Shown: in pieces, positions 18,083 to 27,692 of the stretch
Layout of the letters: each line of letters starts with the position of its first letter
Numbering within the stretch: position 1 is the first letter of the stretch
DNA from: Alphaproteobacteria bacterium
GTDB taxonomy: Bacteria; Pseudomonadota; Alphaproteobacteria; HIMB59
Direction: 5' to 3'
Length of the DNA: 64,000 nucleotides
NCBI GenBank assembly: GCA_029246865.1
Contig: JAQWMI010000018.1
Coordinates: forward strand, 44,650-108,649
Program-made: the position numbers and the translations under genes
Notes under the pieces: model-generated
Told to the model about the DNA's origin: nothing
Databases searched by the model: none
What the model saw: the letters and a program-made list of their open reading frames with translations, nothing else

Positions 18083-18654
18083 CTCACTAAAGCTATTGCC
18101 ATAAGTTTATTAAACAAAATAATTTTTTTTTGATCATGAATAATTTTTTTTAGACTATGACCAATTAAGGCCCAAGTTATCCCACTTGTAATGGTAGAAA
18201 ATGCAAAGCAGATGAAAATCAAAATAAACTCTAATTGATATGTAAATGTACCTTGAAGAAAAAGAGAGGCAGCAGTAATTTGGACCATTACCCCTTTAGG
18301 ATTAATTATTTGAAGAAAATATACTTGAAAAAAAGTAATAGGTTTATATTTTTCTGAGTCGGTAAAACTTTTAGAATTAAATATTTTATAAGCAAGATAA
18401 AGTAAAAAAAGAGATGATAAAATTTTTATTACCCAAAACAAACTTGGATAAATAAGAAAAATTTTTCCAAGACCAAACAAACAGATTGTAAGCATTGATA
18501 AAAATCCAAAGAAAATTCCAAAAATTTGAGGAATAGTCTTATAGAAACCATATTTAATAGCTGTAGTTGATAAGATGATATTATTTGGTCCAGGCGTAAA
18601 TGCTGTTACATTTGCAAAAATAAAGATGGGTAATATGTAATAAAAGTAATCCAA
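18058..18654 (-). CDS. LysE/RhtB family amino-acid exporter
   Basis: FTPGPNN N-terminal motif, about 6 TM helices, 198 aa. Confidence 0.8.
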   Translation of the reverse strand: MDYFYYILPIFIFANVTAFTPGPNNIILSTTAIKYGFYKTIPQIFGIFFGFLSMLTICLFGLGKIFLIYPSLFWVIKILSSLFLLYLAYKIFNSKSFTDSEKYKPITFFQVYFLQIINPKGVMVQITAASLFLQGTFTYQLEFILIFICFAFSTITSGITWALIGHSLKKIIHDQKKIILFNKLMAIALVSCIFLIII

Positions 18655-18771
18655 AGCAATCAGATATTAGACTTATTTGAGAATAATAAAATAGGAGTAA
18701 AAGGCCTCACTAATAGGGAATAAATAGTATTTTTGAATATAAATATATATAAATCATTATGACTAAATTAT

Positions 18772-18857
18772 GGCGCTGTGGCGGAATGGTAGACGCGCCG
18801 GACTCAAAATCCGGTGAGGGTAACTTTGTGAGAGTTCGAGTCTCTCCAGCGCTACCA
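18772..18857 (+). tRNA. tRNA-Leu (anticodon CAA), type II with long variable arm, CCA encoded
   Basis: Manual fold. Acceptor GGCGCTG/CAGCGCT (G1-U72). Anticodon stem CCGGA/TCCGG with loop CTCAAAA. Variable arm TGAGGGTAACTTTGTGA. T arm GAGAG-TTCGAGT-CTCTC, then A-CCA. Confidence 0.93.
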
Positions 18858-18871
18858 AATAAAAAAAAATA

Positions 18872-19339
18872 ATGGAAAAAAAAGAATTTAAAAATAACTT
18901 ATCTAAATTTGCTACTGGAATTACAATAGTCACACTAGGAAATAGTAAAAAAGGTTTTTATGGCTGTACTATGAATTCTTTCACAAGTCTCTCTCTTAAT
19001 CCTGCACAAATTTTGTTTTGTGTTGATTTTAGAAATAGTTTTATCAAAGAATTTAAAAAAGGTGTGCTTGTGAATATAAACATTTTGTCAGATAAACAGA
19101 AAGAGTTATCTAATAAATTTTCCTCTAATCCTGAATTAAGATGGAAAGATACAAAATTTAAAACTTCAGAAAGTGATTTACCTTATTTTATAAATTCATT
19201 AGTTGTAATGGAATGTGTAATTGAAAAAAAAATACTTTCAGGAGATCATTGGGTTGTAATCTGTAATTCAAGAAAAATTATAAGTAAAAAAAAAGGTAAA
19301 CCATTAGTTTATTTTGATAGCAAATACCTACAACTATAA
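18872..19339 (+). CDS. Flavin reductase domain protein
   Basis: FATGITIVT...MNSFTSLSLNPAQILFCV is typical of the flavin reductase (HpaC/RutF-like) fold. Confidence 0.78.
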   Translation: MEKKEFKNNLSKFATGITIVTLGNSKKGFYGCTMNSFTSLSLNPAQILFCVDFRNSFIKEFKKGVLVNINILSDKQKELSNKFSSNPELRWKDTKFKTSESDLPYFINSLVVMECVIEKKILSGDHWVVICNSRKIISKKKGKPLVYFDSKYLQL

Positions 19340-19344
19340 AAAAT

Positions 19345-20280
19345 ATGAAGTATGTTTATTCTAAAGTTAATGATTTAAATATTTCTCAACCTTTGGCAGT
19401 ATCCATTGGTAATTTTGATGGATTACATATAGGTCATCAAAATTTATTGCAAAATTTAGTTGCCATCTCTAAAAATAAAAAATTTTTATCTTGTTTAGTC
19501 AGTTTCAATCCTCATCCAATATCCTATTTCAAAAAAGATAAAAATTTCTTAATTGATCTAGAGCAGACTAAAATTGAACTTTTAGAAAAAATAGGTCTAG
19601 ATTTCTATGTATCAATTATTTTTGATAAGACTATTGCCAACCTCACAAGCAATGAATTCGAAAATACAGTTTTATCCAAATGTCTAAATACAAAACTCAT
19701 ACTTTCAGGTTTAGACTTCAAATATGGCAGTGGGAGATCAGGAAATATCACCACATTAAAAAATTTTTCAGATAAAAATAATATTGATTTCAATACTGCA
19801 GAGGTAGTATTAGATAAAAAATTATCAAACAAAATTTCTTCTTCTACCATTAGAGGAATGATTAGGGAGGGAGATGTCAAGTCTGCATCTCAAATGCTTG
19901 GTAGAGAATTTGAAGTACGAGGAACGATTATTCAAGGTGACCAAAGAGGCAGAACAATCGGAGTTCCAACAGCAAATATTAAATATAATGATTTACAAGT
20001 CGAATTAAAAAAAGGCGTTTATGCAGTTAATGTCACTTATAATAATAAAAAATATAGAGCAATTGCGAATTATGGCATTAGGCCAACTTTTAATAAAATC
20101 ACACCTTTGCTTGAAGTGCATATATTAGACTTTAATCAGGATATCTATAATCAGGAAATTACAGTCTCATTTAATCAGATGATTAGGGAAGAATTTAAAT
20201 TTGATGGGATAGAACAGTTGTTAAAACAAATAAAAACAGATATCTCTATGGCTAGAGAGATTTTAAATCATGGAAATTAA
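19345..20280 (+). CDS. ribF: Bifunctional riboflavin kinase / FAD synthetase
   Basis: GNFDGLHIGHQ nucleotidyltransferase motif, then C-terminal GDQRGRTIGVPTAN and the RPTF kinase motifs. Confidence 0.92.
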   Translation: MKYVYSKVNDLNISQPLAVSIGNFDGLHIGHQNLLQNLVAISKNKKFLSCLVSFNPHPISYFKKDKNFLIDLEQTKIELLEKIGLDFYVSIIFDKTIANLTSNEFENTVLSKCLNTKLILSGLDFKYGSGRSGNITTLKNFSDKNNIDFNTAEVVLDKKLSNKISSSTIRGMIREGDVKSASQMLGREFEVRGTIIQGDQRGRTIGVPTANIKYNDLQVELKKGVYAVNVTYNNKKYRAIANYGIRPTFNKITPLLEVHILDFNQDIYNQEITVSFNQMIREEFKFDGIEQLLKQIKTDISMAREILNHGN

Positions 20281-23050
20281 AGATTCAATATTACTTCCTA
20301 AAACTGAGTTTTCAATGAAGGCTAATTTGCCTGAGAAAGAACCAAAAATACTTGATAAATGGTATAAAGATAATTTATACGGCAAGTTGAGAAAGAGCTC
20401 AAAAGATAAAGAAAAATTTATACTTCATGATGGCCCCCCTTACGCTAATGGACATCTCCATATGGGTCATGCCTTAAACAAAATTTTAAAAGATGTCATT
20501 ATTAAATATCAACAAATTTCAAACAAGAATTCTATCTATGTTCCTGGATGGGATTGCCATGGTTTACCAATTGAGTGGAAGATAGAAGAACAGTATCGAA
20601 AAAAAAAACTTAATAAAGATGATGTTCCTGTCCTAGAATTTAGAAAACAATGTAGAGATTTTGCTCAAGAGTGGATAGAAGTACAAAGAAAAGAGTTCAA
20701 AAGACTTGGAGTGATCGGTGATTGGGATAATCCGTACACAACTATGCACTATAACTCAGAAGCTCAAATTGTAAGAGAGCTTGGAAAATTTTTAGAAAAT
20801 GGAGGCTTATATAAAGGGAATCGCCCAGTCTTATGGTCTGTAGTAGAAAAAACTGCTTTGGCTGATGCGGAAGTAGAATACCAAGAACATAAATCAACAA
20901 CTATTTATGCAAAATTTCCAATAGCAAAAACTAATTTAGATAAATTGAATAACCACGCAATTGTCATTTGGACTACAACCCCATGGACTATTCCAGGAAA
21001 TCGAGCCTTAGCTGTTCATAATGAAATTAAATATGTTTCATTAAATATTCGTCGCGAAAATTCGAATGAAGATATTATAATAGCTGAAGGGCTAGTTGAT
21101 AATTTTCTTAAGGAAAATAAAATATTAGAGTCCAATGTTAATTTCTCTTTAACGGGTAATGAATTATTAAATACATCTTGTTACCACACACTTTTTAAAT
21201 CAGGTTATGATTTTATAGTCCCCATACTCCATGGAGACTTTGTAACTACTGAACAAGGTACTGGTATTGTTCATATTTGTCCTGTTCACGGCATGGATGA
21301 CTTTATTTTAGGAAAACAGCATAACTTAGAATTACCTATGACCATTGACGAGGGAGGTATTTATTATGAACATATACCTGTATTTGCAGGAAAACATATA
21401 TTCAAAGTAGATCCTGAAGTTTGTGATGAGATTGAAAAATGTAATAATCTAATCTCTAAAGGCCAGCTTATTCATAGCTATCCCCATTCTTGGCGATCAA
21501 AAGCACCTCTAGTATATAAGAATACATCACAGTGGTTTATATCCATGGAAACAAATGATTTAAGAAAAAAAGCTTTAAAAGCAATTAATGAAACAAATTT
21601 TTTCCCTCAACAAGGTCAAAATAGATTGAAAAAAATGATTGAGGATCGACCTGATTGGTGTGTATCTAGACAAAGAGTCTGGGGAGTACCACTGCCAATA
21701 TTTGTTAATAAAAAATCAGGAGAGCCTTTGAGAGACCCTAAGGTGATTGAAAGAATTGCTAAAATTTATGAAGCTGAAGGTGGTGACGCTTGGTTTAATT
21801 CTGAGCCATCAAGGTTTTTAAATCCTGATTATAATGAGTCAGATTTTGAGCAGGTTAAAGACGTTGTAGAAGTTTGGTTTGATAGTGGATCAACTCATGC
21901 TTATGTTTTAGAGGGCAGAGAAGACTTGCAGTCACCAGCAACAATGTATTTGGAGGGATCTGATCAGTTCAGGGGCTTCTTTCATTCATCTCTTCTTGAA
22001 TCATGCGGCACAAGAGGAAGAGCTCCTTTTGAGACAGTTCTATCTCATGGATTTGTTGTTGATGGCAAAGGAAGAAAAATGTCTAAATCAATTGGAAATG
22101 TTATCTCTCCCGATGAAATTATTAATAAGTATGGGGCTGATATATTAAGAGTTTGGGTTATTGCTTCTGATTACTCGGAAGACGTAAGATTGGATAATAC
22201 AATTTTGAATTATCAAATAGACTCTTATAGAAAAATTAGAAATACATTTAGGTTTTTATTGGGAAACTTAAATAACTTTAATTTATCTCAAATTGTTCCC
22301 TTCGCTGAAATGCCTGAATTAGAACAATTCATGCTGTCCAGACTTTCAAAAATGCATATTGAATTAAAAAAGAATATGCAAGAACATGACTATCACTCTA
22401 TTTATGTAAAATTATTAAATTTTTGTACTCTTGAATTATCAGCTTTCTATTTTGATATTAGAAAGGATAGCCTCTATTGTGATCATATCGACAACATAAA
22501 AAGAAAATCCGCAGTAACTTGCCTTCATTTTATATTTGAATTTTTAGCTAAATGGTTTTCTCCAATTTTATCTTTTACTACAGAGGAGGCTTGGGGAATT
22601 AGATCATACAACAATAATACGAGTATTCATTTACAGACGTTCAACGAGGATGATTATGTTTATTATGATGAAAAGCTTGAAAGCAAATGGAATGATATTA
22701 AAGAAATTAGAAAAACTGTTACTTCAGCACTGGAAATTAAGCGTAATGAAAAAATCATTGGATCAAGCCTTCAAGCTCAAGTAACTATTTATTTAGATAA
22801 AAATATTCTACGTAATATAGAAAATATTGATCTTTCTGAGTTATGTATTGTAAGTAGTTCCCAAGTAAAAAATGTTGAAGATAAAACTGCGACAGCAATC
22901 ACTTTCGAAGACTCTCGAGTCCATGTTGATACTCATGTTGCTTTAGGAGCTAAATGTGAAAGATGTTGGACAATTAAGGAAGAGGCTGAAAAAAATCAGC
23001 TTTCTTTGTGTGATAGGTGTGATGATGTTTGGAATTCAATCAATCACTAA
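20270..23050 (+). CDS. ileS: Isoleucyl-tRNA synthetase (type 1, C-terminal zinc finger)
   Basis: PPYANGHLHMGH (HIGH), KMSKS, and C-terminal CERCW...CDRC. Confidence 0.97.
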   Translation: MEIKDSILLPKTEFSMKANLPEKEPKILDKWYKDNLYGKLRKSSKDKEKFILHDGPPYANGHLHMGHALNKILKDVIIKYQQISNKNSIYVPGWDCHGLPIEWKIEEQYRKKKLNKDDVPVLEFRKQCRDFAQEWIEVQRKEFKRLGVIGDWDNPYTTMHYNSEAQIVRELGKFLENGGLYKGNRPVLWSVVEKTALADAEVEYQEHKSTTIYAKFPIAKTNLDKLNNHAIVIWTTTPWTIPGNRALAVHNEIKYVSLNIRRENSNEDIIIAEGLVDNFLKENKILESNVNFSLTGNELLNTSCYHTLFKSGYDFIVPILHGDFVTTEQGTGIVHICPVHGMDDFILGKQHNLELPMTIDEGGIYYEHIPVFAGKHIFKVDPEVCDEIEKCNNLISKGQLIHSYPHSWRSKAPLVYKNTSQWFISMETNDLRKKALKAINETNFFPQQGQNRLKKMIEDRPDWCVSRQRVWGVPLPIFVNKKSGEPLRDPKVIERIAKIYEAEGGDAWFNSEPSRFLNPDYNESDFEQVKDVVEVWFDSGSTHAYVLEGREDLQSPATMYLEGSDQFRGFFHSSLLESCGTRGRAPFETVLSHGFVVDGKGRKMSKSIGNVISPDEIINKYGADILRVWVIASDYSEDVRLDNTILNYQIDSYRKIRNTFRFLLGNLNNFNLSQIVPFAEMPELEQFMLSRLSKMHIELKKNMQEHDYHSIYVKLLNFCTLELSAFYFDIRKDSLYCDHIDNIKRKSAVTCLHFIFEFLAKWFSPILSFTTEEAWGIRSYNNNTSIHLQTFNEDDYVYYDEKLESKWNDIKEIRKTVTSALEIKRNEKIIGSSLQAQVTIYLDKNILRNIENIDLSELCIVSSSQVKNVEDKTATAITFEDSRVHVDTHVALGAKCERCWTIKEEAEKNQLSLCDRCDDVWNSINH

Positions 23051-23510
23051 TAAATTCAATATCATAAAGATATTTATAATAATTTTTTTAGTTTTTTTTG
23101 ATCAAATTACTAAATTATTTATAGAAAATAACTTCAGTCTATTTGAATCCTTTTATATAAATAGTTTTTTTAGTGTTACATTTGTTGTTAATTATGGTTT
23201 TGCATTTGGATTTTTAAATAATCCTAACTCTAATCAGGTAATAATTTCTATTTTAATATTATTTATAATCTTATATGTCAGCTATTTAATGTTAGTTAAT
23301 AATAATAAAATTATCAGTTTAAGTTTTACAGTAATTATTGCTGGAGCGATTGGAAATCTATTTGATAGAATTTCAAGAGGATACGTAGTTGATTTCCTCG
23401 ATTTTAATATCTCTAATTATCATTGGCCTGCTTTTAATTTAGCTGATAGTTATATTTCTATTGGTTTCATTACGATTATGATTAGTATCTTATTAGGAAA
23501 AAAAATTTAA
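23022..23510 (+). CDS. lspA: Signal peptidase II (lipoprotein signal peptidase)
   Basis: NYGFAFG, GAIGNLFDR, VVDFLDF, and FNLADS motifs. I prefer the ATGATG at 23022 to the track start at 22956, which lies deep inside ileS. Confidence 0.88.
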   Translation: MMFGIQSITNKFNIIKIFIIIFLVFFDQITKLFIENNFSLFESFYINSFFSVTFVVNYGFAFGFLNNPNSNQVIISILILFIILYVSYLMLVNNNKIISLSFTVIIAGAIGNLFDRISRGYVVDFLDFNISNYHWPAFNLADSYISIGFITIMISILLGKKI

Positions 23511-23926
23511 TGAAAAATATTATTTTAATTTTAACTATTAGTATGCTTGCAATAGGATGCCAGAGGGGAAAAATCAATGAGTTGTCTGTTGACTTTAATA
23601 AAAGTCTTATAATACCTCCAACCAATGATCTTCCAGCCCCAGGATCAAAATCAATCCGTGAAGAAAACAAAATTAACACTTTAGTGGTAGGCGAGAACAA
23701 TGAGAGCATCTCAAATGATAATCTAGTAAGCAATATATTAACAAAAACAAATTCAGATAAAGTTAGCAATGATATTAGAGATCAAATTGATTATGATACG
23801 GGCTATAAGAGTGAAGAAGGTTTCTTTTCATGGTTACTCAAAGGTAAGAGTGAAAGAGAAAAAAATAAGACATCATCTGATACAGTCGATGCTTTTGAAG
23901 AGCAATCTAATTTAAATACTAATTAA
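23510..23926 (+). CDS. Lipoprotein (DUF3035-like), downstream of lspA
   Basis: Lipobox LAIGC. LIIPPTNDLPAPG resembles the DUF3035 motif. This position is conserved in alphaproteobacteria. Confidence 0.62.
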   Translation: MKNIILILTISMLAIGCQRGKINELSVDFNKSLIIPPTNDLPAPGSKSIREENKINTLVVGENNESISNDNLVSNILTKTNSDKVSNDIRDQIDYDTGYKSEEGFFSWLLKGKSEREKNKTSSDTVDAFEEQSNLNTN

Positions 23927-23929
23927 TAG

Positions 23930-25063
23930 ATGCGTTTAAATATCCATAATAGTTCTAAATCTAATCATACCATATTTGATAGGTTCAAAAGAAAAGATTT
24001 TTTTTTTGAAGAATTCGAAAATAATTTTTTTTTTAAACCTTTCTTAGATTCTAACTATTTTAAAAAACTTAATTATAAAAAATTAGTAAATAATAAAAAT
24101 AGAGTTCATGTATTTGGTATGGGAGGATCCTCATTAAGTTCAAAATTATTAATACAATTCTTGAACACTAAAGATTTAAACTCAAAAATATTTATTTATG
24201 ACAATCCCTATGATGAATTGATTGAAAAAAACCTTTCTCAGTATAAAATTACAAATAACGATAAATTCATTTTTATTTCTAAATCAGGTAAAACTGCAGA
24301 AACAAAATATTTCTTAGAATATATTGAAAAATACCTCGCCAAAATTGGACTGAAAAAATCAAAAAAAAACTTTATTTTTATAACTGAAAACACAAATAAT
24401 TTTTTAAACAATTACGGAAAAAAAAATAATATAATCTGCTTTGAACATGATCCAAATATAGGTGGAAGATTTAGTATTTTCTCTATTACCGGCTTATTAC
24501 CACTGCTATTGATCGGATATGATCTAACTAAATTAGTTAGTGAAGCTAAAAAAGCATTTCAAGAAATAAAAAAAGATAAATTAAAAATTGGTAGATTTTT
24601 ATTAGATTTCTATTCATCACAAAAAATTAATAAAACTAACATATTTATTGGTTTATCTTATAATCAAAAATTATCCTCTGTTAATGAGTGGTATAGGCAG
24701 ATCTTTGCAGAAAGTTTAGGAAAAAATAATAAAGCTATCACTTATATAACCTCTTTAGGCCCTATTGATCAACATAGTCAATTTCAGCTTTATATTGATG
24801 GCCCCCAAGATAAAAGTTACGTATTTTTTAAGCTAATTGACAACAAGAAACAAATCTTGAACACATTATATGATGGTGCGATAAAAACTTTAATCGATGG
24901 TGGTAAATTAGTTAGTTCAATTTCTATTGAAAATAATTATAAAAGTTATAACAAGCTTATTATTTTATTAATTTTTGATATTTTCTTAAGGTCAAGAGTT
25001 GAAAATATTAATTTTTTGGATCAACCTGCTGTTGAGATTCTAAAAAAGAATACCAAGATCTAA
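23930..25063 (+). CDS. pgi: Glucose-6-phosphate isomerase, unusually compact (377 aa)
   Basis: SIS/PGI motifs GMGGSSL, SKSGKTAET, GGRFS, DQHSQ.QL, and the C-terminal LDQPAVEILKK (PGI signature 2-like). Confidence 0.78.
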   Translation: MRLNIHNSSKSNHTIFDRFKRKDFFFEEFENNFFFKPFLDSNYFKKLNYKKLVNNKNRVHVFGMGGSSLSSKLLIQFLNTKDLNSKIFIYDNPYDELIEKNLSQYKITNNDKFIFISKSGKTAETKYFLEYIEKYLAKIGLKKSKKNFIFITENTNNFLNNYGKKNNIICFEHDPNIGGRFSIFSITGLLPLLLIGYDLTKLVSEAKKAFQEIKKDKLKIGRFLLDFYSSQKINKTNIFIGLSYNQKLSSVNEWYRQIFAESLGKNNKAITYITSLGPIDQHSQFQLYIDGPQDKSYVFFKLIDNKKQILNTLYDGAIKTLIDGGKLVSSISIENNYKSYNKLIILLIFDIFLRSRVENINFLDQPAVEILKKNTKI

Positions 25064-25068
25064 TTTTC

Positions 25069-25359
25069 ATGAACAAATTAATTACTTTTTTTAAAGCTAA
25101 ATCATTTTTTCATTTAATCATCATCTTCATTGTATTTGGTATTAGTGGAAGTTTGTCTGTTGTTGTCTCTGGACCCATACTAGACTATATCCAGATTGAA
25201 AAATTGGTGACTTATTATCCAGCTTACCTTTTAATTAGATTTATCCTTATTTTTCCAATTTATCAATTTGTTCTAATTATAATTGCTATTGTTTTTGGCG
25301 AGTATAAATATTTTTTAGAGTTTGAAAAAAAAATGATAAGGCGATTAAAGTTTTTTTAA
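25069..25359 (+). CDS. Small membrane protein (96 aa, 2-3 TM), function unknown
   Basis: Hydrophobic helices, tightly packed after pgi on the same strand. Confidence 0.5.
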   Translation: MNKLITFFKAKSFFHLIIIFIVFGISGSLSVVVSGPILDYIQIEKLVTYYPAYLLIRFILIFPIYQFVLIIIAIVFGEYKYFLEFEKKMIRRLKFF

Positions 25360-25896
25360 TTCATTTGCAAAAAAAAAATTAATAAATTTATTCTTGTAAC
25401 TTTTATTATAAGTTGATTGTGTTGCTTCAAAAATTTTATGACTTGTTTCGGTAATGATGATTGCTTGATTTTTTATTTTTTCAATCTTTTGCATGATAAT
25501 TGGTTCTAATTTTATTTCATACGGAGGATCAAAATATATGACATCAAAACTACTCCAAAGTATTTGATCTAATTCATTAGTAATATCATTATCAGATAAA
25601 CTATAATTCAAATTAGGAAAATTTTTCAAAAATAGTGATATTTTTTTTATTTGCGCATTATCTATGTCATTAAAATGACAGTGTTTAAAACCTCTTGATA
25701 GAGCTTCTATGCCAATGGATCCAGATCCACAGTAAACATCTGCAAAGTTACTATTTTTTTTATCAAATGTAATATTAGGATTATGCAGTAATATATTAAA
25801 AATATCTTCACGTATTCTAGATAGTGTTGGTCTATATTCTAATTTATTATTAACTTCTATCTTTCTTCCCTTAAGAATTCCTGAAATTATTTTCAT
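25345..25896 (-). CDS. rsmD: 16S rRNA (guanine966-N2)-methyltransferase
   Basis: MKIISGILKGRKI, DVYCGSGSIGIEALSRG, and FDPPY. Confidence 0.85.
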   Translation of the reverse strand: MKIISGILKGRKIEVNNKLEYRPTLSRIREDIFNILLHNPNITFDKKNSNFADVYCGSGSIGIEALSRGFKHCHFNDIDNAQIKKISLFLKNFPNLNYSLSDNDITNELDQILWSSFDVIYFDPPYEIKLEPIIMQKIEKIKNQAIIITETSHKIFEATQSTYNKSYKNKFINFFFANELKKL

Positions 25897-26573
25897 TCAA
25901 CTGTAACCTCTTTAAACCCTCCTATGGGTATGCCTTTGAGATGATACTTACCAAAATTTATCCTTTTTAAACTATCCACTCTAAGATTAAATATTTCACA
26001 TATCTTTCTAATTTCTCTGTTCTTACCCTCTTGCAATTCAAATAATAAAGAGCTCGTACTTTGATTTTGTGACATCAATTTTATATTTGGTTTTTTGTAT
26101 ACTAATTCACCATAAATTTTTTTATTCATAGAATTAATTTTTTTATCATCAACATTTCCTACAACTTTAACTATATATCTTCTTACGATTTCATTTTGTG
26201 GGTTTTCAAGTTCTCTTTTGTACTTCTTGTCATTTGTAAGTATTAATAACCCTTCAGTATTATAGTCTAACCTTCCTATATAATGAAAATCATGAAAGCG
26301 TTTTGGTAAATAGTAGTAGATAGTTCTTCGATTTTTTTCATCTTTTTGTGTTGTAATACATCCCTTAGGTTTATTAAAAATTAATAATTTAATCTTAGAT
26401 TTACTAATATTTTTTTTGACTGTTATAATTTGTGTATCTAGAACCTTAATATAAGGTCTAATTTCTTCACTATTATTAATACATATTTGACCATCTTTAA
26501 TAATTTCTTCAGCTCTTTTTCGAGAAATTTTAAATTCTTCTGATACTTTTTTACTAAGAGTTATGTGAGGCAT
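25893..26573 (-). CDS. Pseudouridine synthase, RsuA/RluB family with S4 domain
   Basis: N-terminal S4-like domain (ISRKRAEEIIKDGQICIN) and the catalytic GRLDYNTEGLL motif. Confidence 0.87.
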   Translation of the reverse strand: MPHITLSKKVSEEFKISRKRAEEIIKDGQICINNSEEIRPYIKVLDTQIITVKKNISKSKIKLLIFNKPKGCITTQKDEKNRRTIYYYLPKRFHDFHYIGRLDYNTEGLLILTNDKKYKRELENPQNEIVRRYIVKVVGNVDDKKINSMNKKIYGELVYKKPNIKLMSQNQSTSSLLFELQEGKNREIRKICEIFNLRVDSLKRINFGKYHLKGIPIGGFKEVTVE

Positions 26574-27267
26574 GTTTAATAAAGTCTTTTATTATAGTTT
26601 CATCTAATTTTGTAATTAAAAATTCTGGATGCCATTGAATACCTAAACAATAAAAGTGCTCTCTGTGCTTAAAAGCCTCTACAATTCCATCTGATGAGCG
26701 GGCATTAATCTCCAAATTTTTTCCTATAATATCAACAGCCTGATGGTGCGCGCTGTTAACCCCACTTAATTTTCTTCTATAAATCTTATTAAGGTAAGTC
26801 TTTGATATGATTTCTATATCATGTCCAGTTTCATTTCTTGGATTAGGTTGCTCATGATTAATATTTGTATTTATGTCTTGAATAAGTGATCCACCATCAA
26901 AAACGTTGATTAATTGTGCTCCCCCGCATATTCCAAGTATAGGTTTATTAAGTTTAAAAAATTTTTTAAGAAGACTAATTTCATAATTAGTTCTTTTAGA
27001 CTTAATCTTTACTTTTTTATTATTAATTTTTTGTCCAAAAAATTTGGGATGAATATCAAAATTACCCCCCGTAATAACTAATCCGTCTAATAAATTTAAA
27101 TCTATACTATCTTTACTTATTGGTAAAATAATACAATTTGCACCATATTTTTCACATGATTTTATATAATTTTCTCTTAGAGCAAACCATGGATATTGAG
27201 AATAACTTTTATTTTCTTCTTCATAGTCTGTAGTTATTCCGATAATTGGTTTATGATATTTTTTCAT
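26554..27267 (-). CDS. Class I glutamine amidotransferase, peptidase C26 (PuuD-like gamma-glutamyl hydrolase) family
   Basis: GICGGAQL nucleophile motif, HHQAV, and QWHPE. Confidence 0.8.
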   Translation of the reverse strand: MKKYHKPIIGITTDYEEENKSYSQYPWFALRENYIKSCEKYGANCIILPISKDSIDLNLLDGLVITGGNFDIHPKFFGQKINNKKVKIKSKRTNYEISLLKKFFKLNKPILGICGGAQLINVFDGGSLIQDINTNINHEQPNPRNETGHDIEIISKTYLNKIYRRKLSGVNSAHHQAVDIIGKNLEINARSSDGIVEAFKHREHFYCLGIQWHPEFLITKLDETIIKDFIKHASHNS

Positions 27268-27692
27268 TGGAAACTAGATTAACAGAATTTTTTAAAATTG
27301 TATTGCAACAATGTCGGATCGCTATGAGTGATAATGAAATACCTATTGCTGCCTTAATCTATGACCCAGTAAAATATAAAATGATTACATATGATCATAA
27401 TAGAGAACTCTCCACATATGATCCCACTGCTCATGCTGAGATATTAGCCATAAGGAAAGCTTGCAGTATTTTAAAAAAAAAACGTTTAGATGGTTATGCT
27501 ATGATAGTAAATGTAGCTCCTTGTTTGTTATGTTTAGAGGCAATTAAATCAGCAAGAATTAGAGAAGTCCATTATCTCTTCTCAAACCACAATCCAGAAA
27601 GAAAAACCATAAAACTTCCAAAGTTAATCCAACATAACAGTGAAGAAGAAAATCTTTTAAAAATTTTTTTTAGAGAAAAAAGATTAAAATAA
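27246..27692 (+). CDS. tadA: tRNA adenosine(34) deaminase
   Basis: HAE (TAHAEILAI) and PCLLC zinc motifs. The conserved N-terminal helix (FFKIVLQQCRIA) lies upstream of the first ATG (27324), so a TTG start at 27246 or 27267 is implied. Confidence 0.82.
   Translation: MVYDIFSLETRLTEFFKIVLQQCRIAMSDNEIPIAALIYDPVKYKMITYDHNRELSTYDPTAHAEILAIRKACSILKKKRLDGYAMIVNVAPCLLCLEAIKSARIREVHYLFSNHNPERKTIKLPKLIQHNSEEENLLKIFFREKRLK

Noticed and set aside
18733-18760. Sigma70-like promoter TTGAAT-N16-CATTAT upstream of tRNA-Leu.
   Set aside because: Hexamer matches of this quality arise constantly in ~30% GC sequence. Without TSS data it cannot be supported as a feature.
18655-18871. tRNA-Leu as a possible genomic-island integration site.
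   Set aside because: No integrase, no direct repeat of the tRNA 3' end, and no compositional shift. The flanking genes (LysE; flavin reductase-ribF-ileS) are ordinary core genes.
22956-23021. Upstream extensions of track ORFs: lspA (22956), esterase (11634), rsmE (36503), lipoprotein (49494), ccrM (57936), ispE (63068), UDG4-like (61499).
   Set aside because: In each case a downstream ATG gives an N-terminus that matches the family pattern or a clean signal peptide. The extension only adds overlap with the neighbouring gene.
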